Part shown: positions 42,479 to 52,434 of the stretch, one piece after another
Position numbering within the stretch: position 1 is the first letter of the stretch
Layout of the letters: each line of letters begins with the position of its first letter
Source of the DNA: Syntrophorhabdaceae bacterium
Lineage (GTDB): Bacteria; Desulfobacterota; Syntrophorhabdia; Syntrophorhabdales; Syntrophorhabdaceae
Length of the DNA stretch: 64,000 bases
Direction: 5' to 3'
Assembly: GCA_963665295.1 (NCBI GenBank)
Contig: OY762209.1
Span: 704,001 to 768,000 of the forward strand
Program-made: the position numbers and the translations under genes
The notes under the pieces: model-generated
What the model was told of the DNA's origin: nothing
Seen by the model: the letters and a program-made list of their open reading frames with translations, nothing else
The model's database searches: none

Positions 42479-44611
42479 ATGAAGAAATATAAGAAAGACC
42501 TCGTCGTCCTCGCCATTACAGCGGCGGTCTTTGCCTTTCTCATCTACCTCGAAACCCAGCTCCCTTTCTTCAAGAGGTTTATCCCTGTAGGGGAAAACAA
42601 ACTCATCATCATCATTTTCAACATCAACATGCTCCTCATCCTCCTCTTCCTTTTCCTCTTTTCCAGGGCCCTCATCAAGACCTACATAGAAAAGAAACGG
42701 GGTATATGGGGCTCGGGCCTCAAGGTGAAGCTCATCGCCACCCTTCTGTGCGTCTCCCTCATCCCCTCCTTCACCCTTTTCATCCTCGCCACGGGCTTTT
42801 TCAACATAAGCATGGACAAATGGTTCAGCCAGAGAATAGAGGATACCGTGGGCAATGCCCTGGAACTTTCCCGGTTCTATTACAACGACCTGTTTCAGCG
42901 GTACGACAAGACAAGCGACCTCATAGCCCGCGACATCAACCGGAGAAGACTCCTCAACAATGACCGGGAGTTGACCGCGTATATCAACAGGAGCCTCGTG
43001 ACCCACCTCCTCGGGTATGTGGCGATCTACGACCTTTCAGGGGACATGATCATTGCGAGCGACGACATCAATAAGGAGATACAGCCCAAGCTTTCGGAAA
43101 AAGCGAAGCTTTTCGCCAGGGGTGGTCCTATGCGGTCTATCGTGCCCATGAAGGAAGGGGAACTCTTCGTTGCGGGCAGGCAGATCATCGATGAAAGCGG
43201 GGACCCCCAGGCCGTCCTGCTCGTGGGGGATATCATCAAGGTGCACGGGACGGAGCGCATCCAGGAAATCGCCTCCGCCCACAAGGAGTTCAACGAGTCG
43301 AGGCCCCTCAAGAAGATCCTGAAGTACGGGTTTATCGTCCCCCTGTCCCTCATTACCATTATGACCATATTCTTCTCCGTCTGGGTCGGCACGAAGATGG
43401 CGACGGAGATCACCACCCCCATCCAACGGGTAAAGGAAGGGGCGTCCATTATCGCCAGGGGCAAGTTCGACATCAACCTCGACGACAAGGGCAAGGACGA
43501 GATCAGCACCCTGGTTACGGCCTTCAACACCATGGCGAGGGAACTGCAGATCACGAAGAACGAGATAGAGGAGAAGAGGCGGTACATAGAGGTAATACTC
43601 GATAACGTGGCCACGGGCATCATATCCACCGATAAGAAAGGCGTAATACTCCTCCTCAACACCGCGGCCCGGAACATCCTGGGCATAGACAGCGAGATGG
43701 GGGAAGGGACCCCCCTCAAGGATATCTTCGGCGCGGACTTCAAACCCGTCCTGAAATCGTTCCTTAAGGAGATAAAGGACGCCCACGGCCGGAGTGTGAC
43801 CCAGGAGATGAAACTCAGGGTGAAAAGAGAGGTTACCTACCTCAGGGCATCCCTCACGGTCCTCAAGGACCCGGAGGACAAGACCGAAGGGTTCATCATC
43901 ACCTTCGACGACATCACCCACATCGTGAGGGCCGAGAAACTCGCGACCTGGAGGGAAGTGGCGAGAAAGCTGACCCATGAGATCAAAAATCCCCTCACTC
44001 CCATCATGCTCTCCGCGGAAAGGATCAGGCGGAAGCTGCTGCCCCGCGCGGGGGATGACGACAAAGGGGTCCTCGACGAGACGACCTCCGTGATCATCCG
44101 GTCCGTCCAGGATATCAAGGGGATCGTGAACGAGCTTACGAAACTGACCCACAGCTCTCAGACCAAGACCCTCGAAGACATCAACTCCATAGTGGACGAA
44201 ACCATCGCCCTTTACAGGCACCTTTACCAGAACATTACCTTCGAAGTGGAAAAGGGGCGGACACCCCCCTTCAAACTCGACCGGGACGGGATAAAACGGG
44301 CCCTCATCAACCTCATCACCAACTCCGTGAAGGCCCTTGACGCTGCGGGCGGCGTCATTGTCGTCACCACCCACTACGACAGGCCGAGCAGGTCCGGCAT
44401 AATAGAAGTGGCGGACACAGGCAAAGGCATCCCCGACGAGGACAAGGTCCGGGTCTTCGACCCGTATTTCACAAAGGACAAGGACGGCACCGGCCTGGGC
44501 CTCGCCATCGTCCATTCCATCATACTGGAGCACCACGGAAGGATCTTCGTGGAGGATAATATCCCGAAAGGGACCAGATTCATCATAGAACTCCCCATCA
44601 TCGAAACCTGA
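42479..44611 (+). CDS. NtrY-like HAMP/PAS sensor histidine kinase
   Basis: TMs, HAMP DEISTLVTAFNTM, WREVARKLTHEIKNPLTPI, DTGKG, GTGLGL. Confidence 0.9.
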   Translation: MKKYKKDLVVLAITAAVFAFLIYLETQLPFFKRFIPVGENKLIIIIFNINMLLILLFLFLFSRALIKTYIEKKRGIWGSGLKVKLIATLLCVSLIPSFTLFILATGFFNISMDKWFSQRIEDTVGNALELSRFYYNDLFQRYDKTSDLIARDINRRRLLNNDRELTAYINRSLVTHLLGYVAIYDLSGDMIIASDDINKEIQPKLSEKAKLFARGGPMRSIVPMKEGELFVAGRQIIDESGDPQAVLLVGDIIKVHGTERIQEIASAHKEFNESRPLKKILKYGFIVPLSLITIMTIFFSVWVGTKMATEITTPIQRVKEGASIIARGKFDINLDDKGKDEISTLVTAFNTMARELQITKNEIEEKRRYIEVILDNVATGIISTDKKGVILLLNTAARNILGIDSEMGEGTPLKDIFGADFKPVLKSFLKEIKDAHGRSVTQEMKLRVKREVTYLRASLTVLKDPEDKTEGFIITFDDITHIVRAEKLATWREVARKLTHEIKNPLTPIMLSAERIRRKLLPRAGDDDKGVLDETTSVIIRSVQDIKGIVNELTKLTHSSQTKTLEDINSIVDETIALYRHLYQNITFEVEKGRTPPFKLDRDGIKRALINLITNSVKALDAAGGVIVVTTHYDRPSRSGIIEVADTGKGIPDEDKVRVFDPYFTKDKDGTGLGLAIVHSIILEHHGRIFVEDNIPKGTRFIIELPIIET

Positions 44612-44730
44612 TGTCGGGGCGTATTCTGCCCCGGTCTACGGGGCGGGATTCCGCCCGGGACGCTCTCCTGCCTGGCTATCCCCGTCCAGGGCTCCTATTC
44701 ATTGCCCTTGAAATATGGTATACTTACTTC

Positions 44731-45177
44731 ATGAAGACCGTTTCCACAAACAGGAAGGCGTATCACGAGTACCATATCGAGGAGAAATTCGAGGCGGGGA
44801 TCGCCCTTACCGGAACAGAGGTGAAGTCCTTGAGAGAGGGCAAGGCCAACCTGAAAGAGAGTTACGCGAAGATCACGAATGGTGAGCTTTTTCTGGTAAA
44901 CGCCCACATAAGTCCTTACACCTGCGGCAATATGTTCAACCACGAGCCGAAGAGGACGCGGAAGCTCCTCATGCATAAGAGGGAGATCCACAGGCTTATG
45001 GGCAAGGTCAAGGAGCGGGGTTACACGCTGGTGCCGCTTTCCATTTACTTTAACGAAAAAAACAAGGCAAAACTGGAATTTGGCCTTGGAAAAGGTAAGA
45101 CCCTTTACGATAAGCGCGAGGCGATCAAGCGCAAAGATGATAGAAGGGCTACCGACAGAGAATTGAGATCAAGATAA
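44731..45177 (+). CDS. smpB: SsrA-binding protein
   Basis: NRKAYHEY, EAGIALTGTEVKSLR, RKLLMHKREI, GKTLYDKR. Confidence 0.97.
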   Translation: MKTVSTNRKAYHEYHIEEKFEAGIALTGTEVKSLREGKANLKESYAKITNGELFLVNAHISPYTCGNMFNHEPKRTRKLLMHKREIHRLMGKVKERGYTLVPLSIYFNEKNKAKLEFGLGKGKTLYDKREAIKRKDDRRATDRELRSR

Positions 45178-45178
45178 A

Positions 45179-45532
45179 GGGGGCGATTGGTTTCGACAGA
45201 GTTGTAAGAGTCAAGGAGGCATGCCGGGTTTTCTGCCGACCCGTAAAAAAGGCGGAACTAAACACAACTGCAGACTCTCACGAGTACGCACTAGCTGCCT
45301 AGAGCAGCTACGTCATCCGGACTTTCTTCCTGCTTTAAGTCCGAGTATGGCGTCATCTAAGTAGGATAGTCTTTCCAGACACCTATAAGGAAAGGCGAAA
45401 TTTAATAGGCATGGGTGGGGTCGAACCTGTCAGTGGGTGCTTTCCCATCCGAGATTAAATCGCTGACTAAGCATGTAGGCTTTTTGGTTGCTTCTTCTTT
45501 GGACGCGGGTTCGATTCCCGCCGCCTCCACCA
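45179..45532 (+). ncRNA. ssrA: tmRNA; tag reading frame ADSHEYALAA* at 45270-45302
   Basis: 5' GGGGGCG..GGTTTCGAC; 3' GCGGGTTCGATTCCCGCCGCCTCCACCA; immediately after smpB. Confidence 0.96.
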
Positions 45533-45534
45533 TT

Positions 45535-46752
45535 TTACCTTTTATTTTCGGTATCTTCCGCACGATGATCTCGTGCGATTTCGTGCGAAGCCAATTTGAC
45601 GACCTTCCCTTCGAGAAGGTTCTTCCTGGTTGCCACTTCCATCTTTGCGTACTTGTCCACGCTGTCCATCCTGGCCCAGTCACCCGCTTCTTTGAGATCG
45701 GACTTGGAAAGACCGTACACGTTCAATAGCTGGCTCGCGCGGCTATGCTTCGTGCCGCTGTAAAGGTCTATATTTTCCCCCGCTACTTTGCAGGCTGCAT
45801 CCCAGAGCCTTTGTAAGGTCCGGGCGGTGTATCGCTTGCCCCTCTTTCTTCCACGGACCGAGACGAACATGTACGGGCTGATAATTCCATGTTCTCTTTG
45901 CTTCTCGGCTTCCACTCTTGTCCATGGTTCGAAAGCCGATACCATCGGGATCAGGTGTACCTGCTTGTCCTTGGTCCTGGTAATTTCCTGATAGTTGGAT
46001 ATGCCGCGCCAAATCTTAAAGACCCCATCTTCGAAGTCTTCCTTATAGAGCGCCATGGCCTCACCCGGCCTTCTCAGATGATACTTGAGAAACCAGAATA
46101 TCGGCTGATCCTCAACGGGAATAGCCTTAATGATCCGGTCCTGTCTGTCCTCGGGAAGCCACCGAATCACGGGGTCCACGATCTGGAAATCCTTTCGCTC
46201 GGGAAATGGGGGGATAGCCGGTATCCTTCGGGCCTTCCATGCGTACTTTAGGCAGGCATGAAGGCAGTAGATAACGTTCAGTTTTCCTTTGCCTACCCGG
46301 TTGATGGAGGACATGAGTTCCATAAGGGTGTCAAACTGGATTTCGTGAAGTTGAATCAGCTTCTTTTCAAAAAATGGCTTCAGGTGCTTGTTGATACTTC
46401 CCTTGTAGTCTTTGTAGGTAGCAGGGCTCAGCGTGGATTTGACGGCTTCAAGCCACGACTCCAGGTACGGGATGACATCCGTCTCATTGTGGGTGTACTT
46501 CTCCAGGCGAAAGCACCTATTTTCCTGGTCCCCCTGCATGGCGGACAGAAGCTTCTCGGCCAGGGCAAACCCCATGTCTCGTCCGCGATCATCGATGGCT
46601 TTGCGCATGGGCTGGCCCCGGTAAAACCAGATTTTATACGTGCGACGGTGAGGAGAATGGTACCATGACACGTAATACCGCCCTGACTTCTTGTCGAAGC
46701 CTATCAACCCTTTCATACAGATAGCGTATATTGAGGTCTCGTGCGATGTCAA
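45535..46752 (-). CDS. Tyrosine recombinase/integrase
   Basis: LSPATYKDY core-binding region, LRRPGEA, TRTKD, LYSGTKHS, GDW..SVDKY; RBS aaggagg before TTG. Confidence 0.88.
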   Translation of the reverse strand: MTSHETSIYAICMKGLIGFDKKSGRYYVSWYHSPHRRTYKIWFYRGQPMRKAIDDRGRDMGFALAEKLLSAMQGDQENRCFRLEKYTHNETDVIPYLESWLEAVKSTLSPATYKDYKGSINKHLKPFFEKKLIQLHEIQFDTLMELMSSINRVGKGKLNVIYCLHACLKYAWKARRIPAIPPFPERKDFQIVDPVIRWLPEDRQDRIIKAIPVEDQPIFWFLKYHLRRPGEAMALYKEDFEDGVFKIWRGISNYQEITRTKDKQVHLIPMVSAFEPWTRVEAEKQREHGIISPYMFVSVRGRKRGKRYTARTLQRLWDAACKVAGENIDLYSGTKHSRASQLLNVYGLSKSDLKEAGDWARMDSVDKYAKMEVATRKNLLEGKVVKLASHEIARDHRAEDTENKR

Positions 46753-47468
46753 GCTGCCCTCCTTTCCCCTTGCTCGAAGACGCAGCTTTGGAGAGCAATA
46801 ACAAAAAGGAAGGTTTCCGCTTCCCGCTTCATAAACGAACCGCCGCCCTCCTGATCATAGATGCGCTTTTCGTTCATACCGTCCCCCTTCTGAACGGAGA
46901 TTTAGGGGTATTTCCCCTTAAAAAACTTTCTTTCCTTCACAAAGCCTGGGGAAAGAAAGGGGAAGGGCATCCGGAATTAAGCGGCTGACTCCATGCATCC
47001 GGACATGACGGATACCTCCGGCGTGCCGGGTGCCAAGAGGCAAACCTTAATGGAGCGATTCAGTGCAAAGACTGAGACGGGCGCATGTGCTGACGGCGGC
47101 GGAGATTTACTCGAACCCGCAAGTTGGTCCGATATGAACTGTGGGACGGGCAGACTCAGAATCGGATCTGCCGAATGGTTGAGCGTGAGAAAGGTATCCG
47201 ATTCCTATCGATTCGCGTGTTTGTGGACCGCATAGAAAGCACCATCAGGGCGAGGATGGACTCACCTATAAGTCTACCCCACGGCCTTTTGCCTTTTATC
47301 CACCATTACCACAAGAAAGCGAGACAGGTACGATATCTGGAGTGCGTAAGAGACTTTCGCAAAAACGCCAGAAATGAGTATAATCTTATTGGCGGGTTAG
47401 GCAACGAAAAAACATGCGGAAAATGCTAATGGTTATTGCGCGGAAAAGCCAACAAGAAAATTGCATTT

Positions 47469-48275
47469 TTACAGTCTTATAAATCTTGGCTCGCCGACTT
47501 GATCTGCGGGAAAATGAGTACAAGGCCTCTGTAATACGCTCAATCGCTTATGCGGCGTTAGCTGCCCCAGATTGCCTTCATATGATAAATAGACGACATC
47601 AAAGATTGATTTAGTCCAACCGGTCACAAGATCAACAGCAAGACCGACTGCCGTGGATGCCACAACGCCATTAGCCCAAACCACCTGCGGGTTGTTTCCC
47701 GCATCACCATAACGCTTAGCCTCGATGGCAAGCTTTTTCTCAGACAGATATCCCATACACCACATGCAGGGACCACCCGGGATCGAAGCAATAATCTGGC
47801 CGCTGGCGATAGGCGGTTGGGGATCTGCCCGGTTAACATCAATTCCAACGTCTATGTATGGCGTGAGGTGCCGGCGGCTGAACGCTTCGAGTTCTTGCCG
47901 TCCTTTGAATCCGTCCACGCAGCCGAAGATAATATCGCAACCCCTAAGAGCTGCAGGATCATTTTGCCACCAGTCTCGAATCATGAGCACGTGAGCCTTT
48001 GGCTGCAGTCCGCGTATGAGTTTCCTTGCGCTCGCGACCTTTGGTGTCTTCTTTGCGACGTCCCTTACGGTTGCACCGACGAGCCGATTCAGGTTTGTTT
48101 CCTCGACCCGGTCTGGATCACAGAGAACATACTTGTTGAACCCCACGTGGGCCAGCTGCTGCACAATATGCGAACCGCCACCGCCAAGGCCCACTACTCC
48201 AACAACGCAGTTGGCGATTTTTGTCTGCGCACCTTCACCCAAGAACGACTGACGGTCATAACGATCTTCATGCAT
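47469..48275 (-). CDS. ThiF/E1-like ubiquitin-activating enzyme
   Basis: RYDRQ, VVGLGGGGS, DPDRVEETNLNRL, FGCVD..R, PYIDVG, GPCMWC. Confidence 0.9.
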   Translation of the reverse strand: MHEDRYDRQSFLGEGAQTKIANCVVGVVGLGGGGSHIVQQLAHVGFNKYVLCDPDRVEETNLNRLVGATVRDVAKKTPKVASARKLIRGLQPKAHVLMIRDWWQNDPAALRGCDIIFGCVDGFKGRQELEAFSRRHLTPYIDVGIDVNRADPQPPIASGQIIASIPGGPCMWCMGYLSEKKLAIEAKRYGDAGNNPQVVWANGVVASTAVGLAVDLVTGWTKSIFDVVYLSYEGNLGQLTPHKRLSVLQRPCTHFPADQVGEPRFIRL

Positions 48276-48789
48276 AAATGCCGCCCCCAAATGTTTGATT
48301 ATCAAGCGGATAACCGACTATGGTTACTTTCGTGACCCGCCGTGGAGAGACCTGTTTTGTCGGCCATATCAGCCCGGCGACACTGTTGAAACTGAAGACC
48401 ATCGCCCCGTGCACCGCATTCCCGCCAAGGTTATGGAATGAGGGTATTAACTTGCCAAGTTCACGACGATCAATCCTGCTGAAACTCGGCGGCCCCGAGT
48501 GTTCGTGTCGATGGACGTGAAGAATGCCCTCTTTTGTGGACAGGCTGTGTTCCATGGCATTTCGGATCGCAGCCGAGTTTATTCTTGCTCCGACGTAAGG
48601 GTCATTTATGTACTGTGTATCGGGTACGGAGAGATAATCGGTTACAAGAAGGAGGATACCTCCTTTGTCAAGAACGCTCCGCCGTGTAAACATAAACCCA
48701 ACACGTTCATGGGCAAAGGGATGCGGGCGGTCGAGATCTGCTCGCATCCCATCATAGACCAATCTTGTCATTTTTGCGTGGATCAGCAT
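48268..48789 (-). CDS. JAB/MPN metallopeptidase (Ubl-processing)
   Basis: HERVGF (catalytic Glu) and HRH..SRID (HxH..SxxD) motif. Confidence 0.8.
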   Translation of the reverse strand: MLIHAKMTRLVYDGMRADLDRPHPFAHERVGFMFTRRSVLDKGGILLLVTDYLSVPDTQYINDPYVGARINSAAIRNAMEHSLSTKEGILHVHRHEHSGPPSFSRIDRRELGKLIPSFHNLGGNAVHGAMVFSFNSVAGLIWPTKQVSPRRVTKVTIVGYPLDNQTFGGGIYA

Positions 48790-49133
48790 GTCAAACCTCT
48801 CAGGTGTGCGGCCACCATCTGTGAAAGCCTTCGATCAGTCGGCTGCAACTGCCAAGAAAAAGCATGCCATGCCCGATCCAGAATCCATGCTCCACGAACA
48901 TTCCAGTTCAGGGGTTTTCCAGACTGAACCAGTTCGGAAAAATATAGGCGTGAGTTGTAGCCTTCCCTTTGGTTGGGGCACAGCAAGACATCGACTGTTG
49001 CCGGCAGACAGTTGGGCGGCAGTTTAAGCCCTGCAATCAAGAAATAGTCATAGGTTCCCTCTTGAGCATACTTGACCCCAGGAAACATGCTCTTGAGTTC
49101 GCTAATCTCATCTTCTGGAAAAGTCGTACCCAT
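48783..49133 (-). CDS. Prokaryotic E2-like protein
   Basis: LKLP..VDVLL.P..GY..LYFS..AWHAFSW pattern resembles Prok-E2 family E; position between Ubl and JAB. Confidence 0.65.
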   Translation of the reverse strand: MGTTFPEDEISELKSMFPGVKYAQEGTYDYFLIAGLKLPPNCLPATVDVLLCPNQREGYNSRLYFSELVQSGKPLNWNVRGAWILDRAWHAFSWQLQPTDRRLSQMVAAHLRGLTC

Positions 49134-49142
49134 TTTGCCCTC

Positions 49143-49391
49143 TCACGATGATGAACCATCTTTCGGGTGGCTGATGAAGGTCTCCCCGCCCTTTATTGTG
49201 ATTCGTCCATCATCGGGCAATGGCTCGAACTTACCCTCAATCACCTGATCGAGATCATAGGCAAGCGGGATGCCAGCCAAGGTCTTGATGGCCGTGACGG
49301 TCTGATGGCCCCGGTGAATCGTGTACTGTTTGCTGTCTACTATGATTGTTACCTGGCTCTGCCCAGGCTGCCCATTTTCGTTTTGCATCAT
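49143..49391 (-). CDS. Ubiquitin-like (multi-ubiquitin domain) protein
   Basis: Beta-grasp pattern VTIIVDSKQY..TVTAIKTLAG..DD..ITIKGGETFIS; C-terminus KDG-SSS; RBS aaggag. Confidence 0.78.
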   Translation of the reverse strand: MMQNENGQPGQSQVTIIVDSKQYTIHRGHQTVTAIKTLAGIPLAYDLDQVIEGKFEPLPDDGRITIKGGETFISHPKDGSSS

Positions 49392-49545
49392 GATTCTCCT
49401 TTAGACTTAAGATAAGGGTCTTTACGACAACCTCTTTCCCTTCTATCCTCTATAGCCCAAAACTTTTTGTTTTTTTCCATGGCAAAAAGCGGGAAGTTGC
49501 GAGCACTATATATAAAGGAGGATGATCATGAGATGAGGAAGAAGA

Positions 49546-50265
49546 ATGAATAACGAGCTAGTCGAAAAACTGAAAGAGGTAGACTGGGACAGATTTATCC
49601 TCGAATTGGCACGTTTCGCATCGAAAAGGATCGAAAGGCTTTCCTGGAAACATGCCCGTATTCCAAAAGGTCTAACGGCCGATGGAATAGCCTTGCAAGC
49701 GATCGAAAAAGTGTTTGACGAAGAAAGGCGCTGGGACCCACAAAAAGATCCTGATCTCATGAAGTATTTGAAGTCAACCGTGAATAGCTTGATAAGTAAG
49801 CTTTACAAATCGAAAGAGTATCAAATTACGGAGCGATTTGAAGAAGGAGAGGACGGTGAGGACTTAATCCCATTACCAGCTGATTCGGACAGTCCCCATT
49901 CTGTAGCAATTCTTGGGCAGCCAATTGCCAACCCCGAACAGATATTACTAAAAAAAGAGGAAGAACAGCAGGCCAAGGAAATGACAGACAAGTTCCTTGA
50001 ATCTCTCGAAGACGATGAGGAGCTCGGAGAGATTGTGTTGTGCCTGCTTGAGGACATCACAAAACCCGCAGACATCGCTCAAGAACTGGGAGTCGAGGTG
50101 GAGGAGATCTATACGCGAAGGAAAAGGTTAATAAGACGCTATGGAGAATTCAAAAATATTATAAAGAAAGAAGGTATTCAATGGAGGCCAAAAACGGAAA
50201 AGGAGGGAGGTACTCAAAGTGCGTCGAGAATTTTTTTGACTTTCTCGGGGACGCCGAAGGATTGA
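49546..50265 (+). CDS. ECF-like sigma-domain protein
   Basis: Region-2-like ADGIALQAIEKV...RRWDP..LMKYL; region-4-like PADIAQELGVEVEEIYTRRKRL. Confidence 0.65.
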   Translation: MNNELVEKLKEVDWDRFILELARFASKRIERLSWKHARIPKGLTADGIALQAIEKVFDEERRWDPQKDPDLMKYLKSTVNSLISKLYKSKEYQITERFEEGEDGEDLIPLPADSDSPHSVAILGQPIANPEQILLKKEEEQQAKEMTDKFLESLEDDEELGEIVLCLLEDITKPADIAQELGVEVEEIYTRRKRLIRRYGEFKNIIKKEGIQWRPKTEKEGGTQSASRIFLTFSGTPKD

Positions 50266-50651
50266 GCGATGAGGACCTGACAAAGGACCTCCTTGCGGAG
50301 GGAATCGATCCCGAAGCGTTGCTTGCACGGGGCAGACTTATTGTGGAGACAAAACTGAAGGAGGCGAAATTATCTTGGAAAAGGAGGGCGCGCGAAAGAA
50401 TAGAATCGTTTGAACGGACAATATCTTCCGCAAAAATCGACATTCCTAATAGTCCTTCAGATGCTATGCTCAAGATTAGGGGGTTGCTCGGGAGCATCCC
50501 TGAAGGAAGCAGAATGCGTTATGCTCAATTTTATAGCAAAATGGACAAGCTTACAGAAGGGGAAGCTATATCAGTGTATCAAGACTTGCAAAAGCTAAAA
50601 CTCCTTGATGACGGAAACGAGGGGATAAGCGATGATCACTCGGGAAGCTAA
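50181..50651 (+). CDS. Hypothetical helical protein, candidate anti-sigma or peptidase substrate
   Basis: Overlaps both the sigma-like and IrrE genes; no recognisable motif. Confidence 0.6.
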   Translation: MEAKNGKGGRYSKCVENFFDFLGDAEGLSDEDLTKDLLAEGIDPEALLARGRLIVETKLKEAKLSWKRRARERIESFERTISSAKIDIPNSPSDAMLKIRGLLGSIPEGSRMRYAQFYSKMDKLTEGEAISVYQDLQKLKLLDDGNEGISDDHSGS

Positions 50652-51411
50652 TTGCCGCTCTGCCGTTTCAAAGGCGCGAGAGATTATTGGAGCACTGTTT
50701 ATCGAAGAACCTAAGGACATCGATATCGTTGCTATCGCCGCCGAAAGAGGCGCCTTCGTAAGGGAGGACCTCTTAGGCGGCGCTGATGGTCGATTAACCG
50801 TTTTTGGAACAAACGGTATCATCACCGTAAAAGCAGACATCCCCGAACAAGGGAAGAAACGGTTTGTGGTGGCTCACGAACTGGGGCATTTTGAGTTGCA
50901 CCGTGAAAACTTTGCGACCGTAAACTGCACAGAGATAGACTTTTATCAGTGGAGCAAGAACAAACCCATTGAGGTAGAAGCTAATCATTTCGCAAGCGAA
51001 GTCTTGATGCCTGAGCCGATCTTCAAAAGTAAGATAAGAAAAAAGAAGCTCTCGAAAGACCTCCTGCTTTCTTTGGCAAACGAATTTCAAACCTCTCTGA
51101 CTGCCACAGCTATCCGTTACCTTGCTTTTGGAACAGAGTACGCACTCGTAGTGTCAAAAGACTCACGAATCACTTGGTTCATAAAAGGTCGTGACTTTCC
51201 TTTCTTTATAAACACCATCGGCAACGTTCACCCCGAATCTCTTGCGTATGAGTTCTTTAAAGGAAGAGATCTTCCAGATGATTTCTTTTCAGTTTCTGCA
51301 ATAGGCTGGGTCGATAATCCTCGGATGAAGAACAGGGAGATACTGGAGCTCGCCATACCGTTACCAAGCTATAATGAAGTTTTGAGCTTCCTTTACGGAA
51401 CGTGTCAATGA
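50632..51411 (+). CDS. ImmA/IrrE-family metallopeptidase; last residues replaced by IS3 (native end YVDPDDSD*, stop at 52930-52932)
   Basis: RFVVAHELGH, EVEANHFASEVLMP, FQTSLTATAIR. Confidence 0.88.
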   Translation: MITREANCRSAVSKAREIIGALFIEEPKDIDIVAIAAERGAFVREDLLGGADGRLTVFGTNGIITVKADIPEQGKKRFVVAHELGHFELHRENFATVNCTEIDFYQWSKNKPIEVEANHFASEVLMPEPIFKSKIRKKKLSKDLLLSLANEFQTSLTATAIRYLAFGTEYALVVSKDSRITWFIKGRDFPFFINTIGNVHPESLAYEFFKGRDLPDDFFSVSAIGWVDNPRMKNREILELAIPLPSYNEVLSFLYGTCQ

Positions 51412-51435
51412 AAATGAGACACTTCCATCAGATAT

Positions 51436-52434
51436 TTAGTGTACCCCGCCATCGCTCGTTGATAATGGCTTATTGATCCAGACGGCGTCAGGCAGTGACG
51501 CCGGTTTCGGCATCCTCCCCTTGAACCGTTCCGGATGTTTTTCATACGCAGCCCGCAGTACGTCCGTACGACCTTCAATGATCCTCAACGCTCTTCCATA
51601 ATGGACGTCCTCGGGGGTGAGAAGACCTATCCCCGAATGGTAATGCTCGGTATTGTACCAGGGGAAGAATGTCTGGCAAAAGGCCCGGGCATCCTCAATG
51701 GAGCCGAACCTTTGAGGGAACTCGGGCCGGTACTTCATGGTCTTGAACTGAGATTCGGAATAGGGGTTGTCATTACTGACCGAAGGCCTCGAATGGCTCT
51801 TGGTGACCCCGAGATCGGCCATGAGCAGGGCGACGGGTTTCGACGTCATACTCGACCCCCTGTCCGCATGGATCAGGAGCTTACCGGGCTCTATCATTTG
51901 CTTCTCGCAGGTCTCCGCGATCAGTTTGCGAGCAAGGGCGGCAAGTTCCCTGTGGGCCACCATCCACCCCACCACATAGCGGCTGTAGATGTCGAGGATC
52001 ACATAGAGGTAGTAGTAGGTCCATTTTACGGAACCCTTGAGCTTCGTGATATCCCAGCTCCACGCCTCGTTGGGCGCCTTCGCGAGGATCTCCGGTTTTG
52101 CGTACCGGGGACGGGAGACCTGCCTCCTCCTTTCTTTCAGCTCACCTTCTTCTTCAAGGATCCGGTACATGGTGCGCACTGAACAGAGATAGCTCTTCTC
52201 GTCCAGGAGGGCCGCGTAGATTTCCCGGGGTGCTTTATCGATGAAGCGGTCCGAATGAAGGATATCAAGTACATCGTTCCGTTCCCCGAAGGAGAGGGCC
52301 AAGGGAGAGAGACGGTTCAAAGGTTCCTTCTCTTTCGGATGCTGCCACCGGTAAAAGCCCGCACGGGATACGTCGAGGGCGTTGCAGGCAGGGCGGATAC
52401 CCACTTCATGGGCAAGCGATTGCGTGATGTTCAT
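51436..52434 (-). CDS. IS3 transposase OrfB
   Basis: Protein identical to 12313..13311. Confidence 0.93.
   Translation of the reverse strand: MNITQSLAHEVGIRPACNALDVSRAGFYRWQHPKEKEPLNRLSPLALSFGERNDVLDILHSDRFIDKAPREIYAALLDEKSYLCSVRTMYRILEEEGELKERRRQVSRPRYAKPEILAKAPNEAWSWDITKLKGSVKWTYYYLYVILDIYSRYVVGWMVAHRELAALARKLIAETCEKQMIEPGKLLIHADRGSSMTSKPVALLMADLGVTKSHSRPSVSNDNPYSESQFKTMKYRPEFPQRFGSIEDARAFCQTFFPWYNTEHYHSGIGLLTPEDVHYGRALRIIEGRTDVLRAAYEKHPERFKGRMPKPASLPDAVWINKPLSTSDGGVH

Noticed and set aside
46993..47429. Short ORFs between the integrase and E1 as a possible excisionase
   Set aside because: No HTH or other recognisable motif; cannot be supported
47469..48275. ThiF protein as a thiamine/molybdopterin biosynthesis enzyme or CBASS Cap2
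   Set aside because: No thi/moa genes and no CD-NTase nearby; context is Ubl-E2-JAB
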